Below, piece after piece: positions 18,986 through 27,638 of a DNA stretch of 64,000 nucleotides. The position numbers and the translations under genes were made by a program. Source of the DNA: an uncultured Actinomycetes bacterium (lineage in GTDB: Bacteria > Actinomycetota > Thermoleophilia > UBA2241); assembly GCA_963725665.1 (NCBI GenBank), contig CAVRZA010000003.1, positions 96,001-160,000 of the forward strand, read 5' to 3'. The notes under the pieces were generated by a model. It was not told the DNA's origin. It made no database searches and worked only from the letters and a program-made list of their open reading frames with translations. Position 1 is the first letter of the stretch. Each line of letters begins with the position of its first letter.

Positions 18986-20179
18986 ATGAGGATCGCGGTC
19001 ATCGGAGCAGGGGCCATGGGCCGCTGGTCGGTCAAGGCGCTCGGCGTCAGCCCCGACGTAGACGAGCTCATCGTCGGGGACATCAGCGAGGAGCAGGCGA
19101 CCGCGGTGGCGGCGAGCCACGGTGAGGGCAAGGCGACCCCGCGGCGCGTCGACGCCAGCGACAAGGAGAGCGTCAAGGCGGCTGTCGTCGGCTGCGACGC
19201 CCTCATCAACGCCACCCAGCACTTCTGGAACCTGACCGTCATGGGCGCCGCGGCCGAGGCCGGCGTGAACTACACCGACATGGGCGGGCTGTTCCACGTC
19301 ACCAAGCAGCAGCTCGAGCTGGACGACACGTTCAAGCGGGCCGGTGTCACCGCGGTGATCGCCATGGGTGGCGCGCCGGGCGTGACCAACGTCCTGGCCG
19401 CGCATGGCGCACGCGGCCTCGACACCATCGAGGAGGCCCAAGCGCTCTGCGGCAACATCGACAACACCGACTACAGCCGCTACCCGGGCTGGTTCCCTCC
19501 CTACTCGCTGGAGACGATCTGTGACGAGTTCAGCGTCGTCGCGCCGGAGTTCATCGACGGACAGTGGCGCGACGATATCCTCGGTGGCACGGGCGCCGAG
19601 ACGATCGACTTCGGTCAACCGGCGGGCATGCTCGCGGCGCACTACACGATCCACTCCGAGCCGATCACCTTCTGGCACGCGTGGAGGGACAGGGGACTGA
19701 AGTCGGCGACCTTCAAGCTCTCGCTGCCGGCCGAGTTTACCGAGCAGATGCGCCTCCTCGTGCGGCTCGGCCTGACGAGCAAGGAAGAGGTAGAAGTGGC
19801 CGGCGTCAGGGTGCGCCCGCGCGATGTGCTGCTCAAGTGCGTAAGTGAGATCCCGCGGCCCGGCGACGAGGTCGTGATGGACGACGTCGACTACCTGCTG
19901 GGCGTTGTGCGCGGCACGAAGGACGGCCGGCGAGTAGAGGTGCGTGTGCGCGCCGTCGTGCCGGCGCATAAGGGCTACGGCGCCGGCGGCGGCGACATCG
20001 ACACCGGCATCCCGCCGGCCATCGTGGCGCGCATGCTGGCCCGCGGCGACATCGTCGGCCCGGGCGTGTTCGTCCCCGAGCAGGCGGTGCCGACGGAGGC
20101 GTTCTTCAAGGAGTTCGCCGCCTGGGGCGCCACCATCGACGCCGAGACGAGAGAGATCCTCGCGGCGCCGGAGGCGTAG
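18986..20179 (+). CDS. saccharopine dehydrogenase-family oxidoreductase (lysine 6-dehydrogenase-like)
   Basis: IGAGAMG Rossmann motif, YTDMGG, GGAPGVTN, HSE, TGIP, PGVFVPE; GAGGAGG RBS. Confidence 0.88.
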   Translation: MRIAVIGAGAMGRWSVKALGVSPDVDELIVGDISEEQATAVAASHGEGKATPRRVDASDKESVKAAVVGCDALINATQHFWNLTVMGAAAEAGVNYTDMGGLFHVTKQQLELDDTFKRAGVTAVIAMGGAPGVTNVLAAHGARGLDTIEEAQALCGNIDNTDYSRYPGWFPPYSLETICDEFSVVAPEFIDGQWRDDILGGTGAETIDFGQPAGMLAAHYTIHSEPITFWHAWRDRGLKSATFKLSLPAEFTEQMRLLVRLGLTSKEEVEVAGVRVRPRDVLLKCVSEIPRPGDEVVMDDVDYLLGVVRGTKDGRRVEVRVRAVVPAHKGYGAGGGDIDTGIPPAIVARMLARGDIVGPGVFVPEQAVPTEAFFKEFAAWGATIDAETREILAAPEA

Positions 20180-20203
20180 CCGGCCCGGCGCCGCTCGAAA
20201 GCC

Positions 20204-20242
20204 CGGCGGGGGCGCCGGCCGGCATGGCCGGCGCCCCCGCCG
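20204..20242. terminator. GC-rich hairpin between convergent genes
   Basis: CGGCGGGGGCGCCGGCC-GGCAT-GGCCGGCGCCCCCGCCG. Confidence 0.65.
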
Positions 20243-20251
20243 CGGGCGCCC

Positions 20252-21154
20252 CTACTCGGTGTCGAGCAGCGCCGCCAGCTGCCTCGCGTTCACGATGCCG
20301 TAGTCGCGGTAGCAGTTGTTCATGAGCGCGTGCACCTCGCTCGCCTGCTCGGCGAGCGTGCGCACGCGCGGCGCCCACTCGCGCAGCTCGTCCTCGGTGT
20401 AGAGGTAGCGGAAGCGCTCGGCCGCCGACGTCGTCTTCTTCTCCCAGAGGTCGGCCGCGCGGCCGTGGAAGCGCACCACGGCGATCTCGCTCGTCGCGGC
20501 GACAACCGGCGGCGTGCTCGAGGCGAACCCCTGGGGCTCGTCGACGCACACGTAGGAGAAGCTGAGGCGCTCGAGGATGTCGAGGGTGCTGCGCTCGTGG
20601 TCGGGGTCCATCCAACCACCGCCACGGAACTCGACTGCGACCCGGAACCCGGCCAGCTCCCGGGCGACGGTCTCTAGGTAGGCCACGTTCTGCCGGTTCT
20701 TGCGAAACCAGTACGGGAACTGGAAGAGCACCACTCCCAGCTTGCCATTCTCACTCAAGGGCGCCAGCGCGCGCCGGTGCAGCTCCCAGACGGCCTCCTG
20801 CAGGTCGGTGGGCAGGTCGCGTAGATAGAGGCGGCCCCTGTCGCGCACCTCCGACGGAAGGAGGCTGGGGAGGGGCGGAGGCAACGTACGCTCCTGGGTA
20901 GCGTGGGTGGTGAGCAGCGAGAACGCTTTGATATCGAAGGTGAAGCCGGGCGGCGTACGCTCCACCCACAGTCGCGCGTTCTGCTCCGAGGGTGGTGCGT
21001 AGAAGGTCGCGTCCACCTCGACCAGCGAGAAGCTCTCGGCGTAGAAGCGCAGCCTTTCGGCCGCCGTTCGCACCGGCGGCGGGTAGAAGCCGCTCTCGAT
21101 GAGCGTCTTGTCCGTCCAGGAGCACGTACCCGTGAGGATGCGGCCCTCAGTCAT
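20252..21154 (-). CDS. DUF72 domain-containing protein
   Basis: GTCSW, VEVDATFY, FDIKA, LFQFP, AVEFR, VDEP, VRFHGR, YLY, MNN. Confidence 0.92.
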   Translation of the reverse strand: MTEGRILTGTCSWTDKTLIESGFYPPPVRTAAERLRFYAESFSLVEVDATFYAPPSEQNARLWVERTPPGFTFDIKAFSLLTTHATQERTLPPPLPSLLPSEVRDRGRLYLRDLPTDLQEAVWELHRRALAPLSENGKLGVVLFQFPYWFRKNRQNVAYLETVARELAGFRVAVEFRGGGWMDPDHERSTLDILERLSFSYVCVDEPQGFASSTPPVVAATSEIAVVRFHGRAADLWEKKTTSAAERFRYLYTEDELREWAPRVRTLAEQASEVHALMNNCYRDYGIVNARQLAALLDTE

Positions 21155-21423
21155 CAGCGTCACTCTCCTGTGGACGACTTGCCACGCCGGTCATTCCCTT
21201 TGCCAGCCCCCCTCCGCACCGGTCTCTTTTCCCTCGTCTGCACCGCCGCGAACGATGTAGGATACCCGCCGAACTACCGTGGGCGCATCCGTGGGCCGTC
21301 CCACGAGGACGACGACCTGGGGACGGGGCCGCGCAGGCGGGGCGGACATGCGACCGGCCGACCCGGCCAGGCCAGGGTCGCGCGTCGGTTGGGGAAGACA
21401 GCGCCAGAAGGGGGCACGGAGCC

Positions 21424-24400
21424 ATGAGACGTCGCAATCTGATCGTCCTCGCGTTGCTGGTGGCGATATTCACGATGCTGAGCGCCGGCGTCTTGTACGC
21501 GAAGGACGCCGCGAGCAGCCGGCCGACGATGAAGGTCATCGTCCTGCTCAAGGGCGGGGCCCAGTCCCGCGAAGTGGCCGGCAAGCTCGCGTTGCGCCAC
21601 TCGAAGGGCGTCTACCGCTATCACCTGATACCGGCGGTGGCCGCGACGATCTCCAGCGACACCCTTGCGGCGATGCGCAACGACCCCAGCGTTCTGGCCG
21701 TAGTGCCCGACCGCAGGATCCCGGCGCCCAAGGTCCCGTCGGGGGCCGAGGGGACAACCTCGGTCGGGGCGGTAGCCACCACCGGTGCACTCGAACCGGA
21801 GGCGCTGCAGCTCACCCACGCTCAGGATGCCTGGAACGTCAAGGTCAACGGTCAGGCGGTCAAGGGTCAGGGGGTCCGCGTCGGTCTGACGGACACCGGC
21901 ACAGATCCCACGCACCCCGATCTCGCCGCGGCGATCGAGGCCTACCGCGACTTCACCGGCACCGGTCTGCAGGACAACGATGGTCACGGCACCGCCACCT
22001 CGAGTTGTGTGGCTGCCCAGGGGCGGCCGGTGTTCAACCCCGAGACCGGCACCACGATGCGCGTGTCCGGCATGGCGCCGGAGGCGAAGGTCCTCATGGC
22101 CAAGGTCGGCGACCTCAACGGCGCCTACGACTCGCAGTTCATCCGCGGCATCGAGTGGCTCGTCGACGAGAAGGTCGACATCATCTCCGATAGCTGGGGA
22201 GGCTTCGCGCTGCCCCCCGACGGCAACGATCCCGTCTCCATAGCGGTCAGGGCGGCCATCGACGCCGGCATCACCTACTGCGTCTCGGCTTTCAACGAAG
22301 GCCCCGGCCAGGGCACGCTCGGCTCGCCGAGCGACGTGAAGGGCGCCCTGACTGTGGGGGCCAGCACCGGGAACCGCGAGTTCTCACAGATCCAGTTTCT
22401 CGTCAACTCACCCGGCGCCTACAAGGGCGACCAGGTGATCCTGTGGTCGAGCCGCGGACCCAACTCGCTGGGCGACTTCAAGCCCGACGTCATGGCCTTC
22501 GGCGCCTACGGGTGGGCCCTCGCGCCCATGGCCGGGGACGCCTACGGCAACGTCGGCATCCAGGAGTTCGGCGGCACCAGCATGGCGTCGCCGGTCTGTG
22601 CCGGGGTGCTCGCGCTGGCCGAGTCCGCCTGGAAGCTGGCCCACCCCGGCCGGCTCCCTGCCCGCGCCGTCGTACTGGAAGAACCTGCTGGCGAGCACGG
22701 CGACCGACCTGGGCTACCCGGCGCTCGACCAGAGCAGCGGGCTCGTCAACGCCCAGGCCGCCGTTCAGGCCGCCCTGCGGCGGGGCAAGTCGATGCTCGT
22801 CTCCGTAGGCGCGGACAAAAACAACGCCACCAGCTGGTCGCCGCGGCTGAACGCCGGCGCCGGCGCGTCGACCACGATTACGATCAAGAACACCGGCGAC
22901 GTCAAGGAGAGCGTCTGGCTCAAGCCGACAGCGTTCGTCGTCGACGACTCGCAGACGATCACCAAGGACATCACGCTGCTCGAGGCCGACGGCTACTTCG
23001 ACGCCGAGATGATCACTATCCCGGCCGGGACCCAATTCGTCCAGGCCAAGGTGACCTGGCCTTCCGGTCCCAACGTCTCGATCCGCACGGCCTGGTACGA
23101 CTCGGAGGGCAACTTCCTCACCTACGCTCCCACCTACGGCGGCTACGGTCACCTGGCTCTGGCCCAGGTCTCCCTGACCGGCCCGGCCGACCAGCGTCCG
23201 GTGCTGACGGCGGGCGAGCCGTGGGAGTTCGACATCTTCCCGCTCGGCTCGATGCCGCCGACCGGGCCAACGCAGGTCGTACACATGCAGATCCAGTTCC
23301 TGCACAAGGCGACCTGGCCGGCGATGAAGCTGTCGGCGTCGAGTCTCACCATCAAGCCGGGCAAGACCGCCAAGGTCACGGCGACGGTCAAGGCGCCGGC
23401 GGTGGCCGGCACCTCCTTCGGTCGTCTCGTCGTGGGTAACGGCTCGACCAGGACCACCGTGCCGGTGTCGATCCGCGTGCCGGTCAAGATGCTCAACGGG
23501 CAGGGCGCCTTCAACGGCGCCGTCACAGGGTCGACAGTCCAGTACAACGGCGGGGAGTTCTACTTCTACGATTTCAGCGTTCCCAGCGGCACGAGCTCGG
23601 TCACGGCCTCGCTGACGTGGCCGGATCAAGGCAACCTCATCAACCTGTACCTGGTCGATCCCAGCGGCAACGTCCGTGACGCCAAGGGCGGCGACCTCGT
23701 GTCGTACCCCGACTACTCGGCCTTCACCGTGCCCGACTCGGCGTTCACGCACACCGCCGAGCAGGTGCTCTGGGATGCTCCGCGGGCGGGCAAGTGGCAG
23801 TTGATCGTCTGGGCGCCCGGCTTCTCGGGGGATTCCTTCGCGGAGTCCTTCACGGGCAGCATCACGCTTGGGGCGGGCATCGTCGGCCCGACGACCTGGA
23901 CGGCGAGCGCGGCGGCGGGAACGCAGGTGAGCAACGACTTCACGGTCACCAACGGCGGCCCGACGGCGCTCGACGCCTACGCGGAGAGCCAGGCCGTCTG
24001 GAACAGCATGCCGCAGTCACAGGATCTCGTTCTGACTCCGGCGACGGGCAAGCTCGCGCCGGATCTCGATGGCTATCTCGCCGCCTACGCCTTCACGCTG
24101 CCCCAGAACGTGTCGCTGCTGTCGTGCGCGGTGTCGTGGACAGGGCCCGATCAGCTCGTCGACCTGAGTCTCTACGACCCGGTGGGGACCAGCAAGTCGA
24201 CGAGCCTCGCCATGACGGCCCTGGGCAACTACGCCATCGTCCCCAACCCGATGGCGGGGTTGTGGTCGGTCGCGCTGGGATACGGGAACCAGGCCGTGCC
24301 GGCGCAAGAGCTCGACTACACCCTCACGGTCGACTACGTAGCACCCGTCCCGGTCGGCGGGCTGACTTCATCGGCCGGCTTCGACACGCCCGTCGCAGTG

Positions 24401-24568
24401 GCACCGGGGGGCACGGGCACGATCCACGTCTCGATCGACGTGCCCGCTGACGCTCTGCCGGGCGACGTCATCGAGGGCACGCTCGACTTCTACACGGTCG
24501 CCGACGGGGTGGAGGCCGCCGGTGGCGACCACCTGGGGTCGGTGCCGGTGACCATCACCGTGCAGTAA
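21424..24568 (+). CDS. secreted S8 (subtilisin-like) serine protease with long beta-rich C-terminal region; +1 frameshift near 22645
   Basis: Signal peptide, I9-like prodomain, DTG / HGT / GTSMAS triad; continues in the +1 frame (…HP-AGSLPAPSYWKNLLASTATDLG) after a CCCC run. Confidence 0.88.
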
Positions 24569-24613
24569 GGGCGAAGGGGGGCCGTACAGGCCCGACGAGC
24601 CCTGACGACGACC

Positions 24614-24653
24614 GGCGGGGCCGGCGGCCACGATCGTGGCCGCCGGCCCCGCC
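24614..24653. terminator. 40-bp perfect palindrome between convergent genes
   Basis: GGCGGGGCCGGCGGCCACGATCGTGGCCGCCGGCCCCGCC is self-complementary. Confidence 0.65.
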
Positions 24654-24728
24654 CCCATTCACTGAACGTGCCAGGGACATTCACGCGGCGTCGAGCGGCC
24701 CTCAGCTTCCGTCGCGACGCGTCACCCC

Positions 24729-25100
24729 TCAGGTCTCCGAGTGCCCCGTCACCTTCTCGTCGGGGATCTCGGCCGTCGAGGCGAAGCCGGTGTGCCGCTG
24801 AGCGTCGGGACGCGGCCCGGCGACGATGCTCTGCTCGGCGAGCTTCGCCTCGAGGATGTCCACGCGGCGTCCGAGCTCCTCGACGCGCGTCGCCTGGTCT
24901 GGGAACAGTGTCTTGAAGGCGTTGCGGCGCACCTCGTCGCGCGCCGCCTCGCCGCGGGTCATGACGTCGTCGAGGGTTCGCGCGAGGCGCTCCTGGGCGA
25001 CGCCGGTCAGGCCGGCGAGCAGTTCGATGAAGCCTCGCCGGCCCTGCTCGTCGCGGTCGCTGTCGGGGGCGTTATCGACGTCTTCCACGGGATCGTCCAT
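24729..25100 (-). CDS. hypothetical protein, phasin/PHA-granule regulator-like
   Basis: LAGL.G...ERL...LDDV..RGE... and RVEELGRRVDILEAKL coiled coil; AAGGAGG RBS. Confidence 0.55.
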   Translation of the reverse strand: MDDPVEDVDNAPDSDRDEQGRRGFIELLAGLTGVAQERLARTLDDVMTRGEAARDEVRRNAFKTLFPDQATRVEELGRRVDILEAKLAEQSIVAGPRPDAQRHTGFASTAEIPDEKVTGHSET

Positions 25101-25151
25101 CGGTCCCTCCTTTCGCTGCCTCGAGGCTATATACCCAACCCGAGTCGTGCC

Positions 25152-25180
25152 TTGCCGTGCCGTTTGCCCGAGTCTATACT
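25152..25180 (+). promoter_or_regulatory. sigma70-type promoter of tRNA-Leu
   Basis: TTGCCG-17 nt-TATACT. Confidence 0.65.
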
Positions 25181-25218
25181 CGTGGGCCTGCGGGAGACGA
25201 TGTCCTCCCGCGTCGCGT

Positions 25219-25307
25219 GTCGGAATGGCGGAATTGGTAGACGCGCTAGGTTGAGGGCCTAGTGAGGGCTTTTCCTCATGGGGGTTCAAGTCCCCCTTCC
25301 GACACCA
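25219..25307 (+). tRNA. tRNA-Leu (GAG)
   Basis: Acceptor stem GTCGGAA/TTCCGAC+ACCA, D-loop GGAATTGGTAGAC, anticodon arm CTAGG-TTGAGGG-CCTAG, long variable arm, GGTTCAAGTCC T-arm. Confidence 0.97.
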
Positions 25308-25454
25308 CCTCCTTGCTTCCTCGTCCCACTGTCTCCTGTTCGTTCCGCGGCCGTCGCCTCCGGTTTGGTCCGGTCGTGCGACGGATATGCTGAGAGGCGG
25401 TCGGCAACGTACCGCGCGCTTGAGGGGTCGCGGACACGAGACGAGGAGGAGACC

Positions 25455-25886
25455 ATGGGACGGCCGAACGTATCCAGTGAGCTACTAGACCTGCTGAACA
25501 GCGCCATCGCGCGAGAGCTGCAGGTGTCGATCCAGTACATGTGGCAGCACGTCCTCTGGAGCGGCGTGCAGGGATACGCCGTGAAGGACGAGCTCAGGTC
25601 CATAGGCATCACGGAGATGAAGCACGCCGAGGCGATCGCCGAGCGGCTCAACTACCTGGGGGGCACCCCGACGACCAAGCCGGAGCCGATCTTCGTCGGC
25701 GAGACCCTGAAGGAGATGCTCGAGCGCGACAAGGCCGACGAAGAGGGCGCGCTCGTTCTCTACCGCGAGATCGTGAAGAAGGCGGGAGACGAGGGCGACG
25801 TCGTCACCAAGCAGCTCTTCAAGAACATCCTCACCGACGAGGAGGAGCACCACGACACGTTCACGAGCCTCCTCGAGGGGATGTGA
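25455..25886 (+). CDS. bacterioferritin / ferritin-like protein
   Basis: LNSAIARELQVSIQY, EMKHAE (Met at the Bfr heme-ligand position), EEGA..LY, DEEEH; AGGAGG RBS. Confidence 0.88.
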   Translation: MGRPNVSSELLDLLNSAIARELQVSIQYMWQHVLWSGVQGYAVKDELRSIGITEMKHAEAIAERLNYLGGTPTTKPEPIFVGETLKEMLERDKADEEGALVLYREIVKKAGDEGDVVTKQLFKNILTDEEEHHDTFTSLLEGM

Positions 25887-25909
25887 GTGAACCCGGATCT
25901 TGAGAGGCT

Positions 25910-26341
25910 CTAGAGACCCCGCCAAAGGGCGAGACCGGTCACCTCGTCGTGCTCGCGTTCGAGCAGCTCGCCGCTGAACTCCACGAGGAGCAGCTCGCAG
26001 GCGAAGATCTCGCAGCCCGCGGCGAGGTGGCCGCCGTACATGCGTCCCTCGTCGTCGCCGAAGGCCGCGTGCGCGTGCACGGCCGGCTGGCCGTCGCGCA
26101 GTGAGACGTTGCCGGTGAGCGACACGATCTCCAACTGGCGGTCGATGGCGAACTCCCAGTACGCTCTGCCGTCCTGGTCGTAGTAGGCGAGGCGCGCCCG
26201 CTTCACGGCGCCGATGGCCCAGCAGTGGGCGAGCTCGACGTGGTGCTCAGAGGCGACCCTGAGGATCTCGTCGATGAGATCGGCGCCGTGCGTCAGGCGC
26301 GCCATGATGCGTTTGCCGTCGCCAAGCTCTACGCTACCCAT
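25910..26341 (-). CDS. PPC/DUF296 domain protein
   Basis: RL..G.DL, AIGAV, EIVSLTGN, HAHA, GGHL. Confidence 0.9.
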   Translation of the reverse strand: MGSVELGDGKRIMARLTHGADLIDEILRVASEHHVELAHCWAIGAVKRARLAYYDQDGRAYWEFAIDRQLEIVSLTGNVSLRDGQPAVHAHAAFGDDEGRMYGGHLAAGCEIFACELLLVEFSGELLEREHDEVTGLALWRGL

Positions 26342-26464
26342 TGTCCCTCCGTCTCCTGGGCACTTCGCCGGCCCGCTCGCCCTGTCGGCCGCCCGTTGGC
26401 CGACGGCCGCCCTTGTCGTGCTCCTCTGCTGCTCCCGCGCCCTATCCGCTCCCGCGGCCTATCT

Positions 26465-27496
26465 CTACGCCGCGCGGGGGGGACGTTCCTGCTCCGGCCG
26501 CACCCGCACCTCGTTCGTCAGGGGGCGGCCGGACGCGAACTCCTCGATGTTCGCCAGCGTGGTGCGGGCTATGTCGCGCAGCGCCTGCGCGGTGAAATAG
26601 CCCTGGTGGCCGGTGACGATCACGTTGGGGAAAGTCAAGAGGCGCGAGAGGGTGTCGTCCTCGATCACGCGGGTCGAGAAGTCCTCGAAGAAGTACTCCG
26701 CCTCCTCCTCGTAGACGTCGAGCCCTAGGTAGCCGATGCGTCCCGACTTCAAGCCGCGTATCACGGCGGCCGTGTCGATGAGCCCGCCCCGGCTCGTGTT
26801 GATGAGCATCACGCCGGGCTTCATCTTGAGAACGGCCTCACGGTCGATGAGGTGGTGGGTCTCGGGCAGCAGCGGGCAGTGCAGCGAGACGATGTCGGAC
26901 TCCGCGAGGAGGTCGTCGAGGTGCGTGTAGCGCACTCCGAGAGCGGCTAGCGCGTCGCTGGGGGCTATGTCGCTGGCCAGCACGCGCACGCCGAGCCCCA
27001 GCAGGACACGTGCCACGATGCTCCCGATCTTGCCCGTCCCGACGACCCCGGCCGTCTTGCCGTGGAGATCGAACCCGAGCAGCCCGTCGAGCGAGAAGTT
27101 GCCTTCACGCACACGCGTGTAGGCTCGGGGCAGCTTGCGGTTCAGGGCCAACACCAGGGCCAGGGTGAACTCGGCGACGGCGTAGGGCGAGTAGTCGGGG
27201 ACCCGCGCCACGGTGATCCCGAGTTCGGCCGCGGCGCCGAGGTCGATGTTGTTGAAGCCCGCCGAGCGCAATGCGATGAGGCGTGTGCCGTGGCGCGCCA
27301 GCTCCTGCAGGACCGGCCGCGAGAGCTCGTCGTTCACGAAGGCGCAGACGACCGGGAAGCCGCGCGCGAGAGCGGCGGTGCTCTCGGTCAGGCGCGCCTC
27401 GAAGAAGGTGAGCCCGACGTCGAAGCCGCCGCTCTCGCGCGCGGCCGATAGGGACTCCTCGTCGTAGCGCTTGGTGCTGAACACGGCGACACGCAT
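26465..27496 (-). CDS. ldhA: D-lactate dehydrogenase-like 2-hydroxyacid dehydrogenase
   Basis: [51 protein letters not shown]. Confidence 0.9.
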   Translation of the reverse strand: MRVAVFSTKRYDEESLSAARESGGFDVGLTFFEARLTESTAALARGFPVVCAFVNDELSRPVLQELARHGTRLIALRSAGFNNIDLGAAAELGITVARVPDYSPYAVAEFTLALVLALNRKLPRAYTRVREGNFSLDGLLGFDLHGKTAGVVGTGKIGSIVARVLLGLGVRVLASDIAPSDALAALGVRYTHLDDLLAESDIVSLHCPLLPETHHLIDREAVLKMKPGVMLINTSRGGLIDTAAVIRGLKSGRIGYLGLDVYEEEAEYFFEDFSTRVIEDDTLSRLLTFPNVIVTGHQGYFTAQALRDIARTTLANIEEFASGRPLTNEVRVRPEQERPPRAA

Positions 27497-27638
27497 CGCC
27501 GGCATCGTTCTCTACACCTCGTGGTCGACTGATCGCCGTCTGGCTTTGTGCCCCGTGTTCCTACGGGCAAACACACGACTCACGAGGAGCCGACTGGCCC
27601 ACGATACGCGGCCTTTCCTCTGCGCTACAATCGGGGTC

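Noticed and set aside
21258-21423. c-di-AMP (ydaO) riboswitch before the S8 protease
   Set aside because: Only a CCGCCGAA-like start; the GGGGTGAA and CCCGTCAGCTAAC core motifs are absent.
25219-25460. Integrative element at tRNA-Leu
   Set aside because: No integrase, no duplicated tRNA 3' end and no compositional shift downstream.
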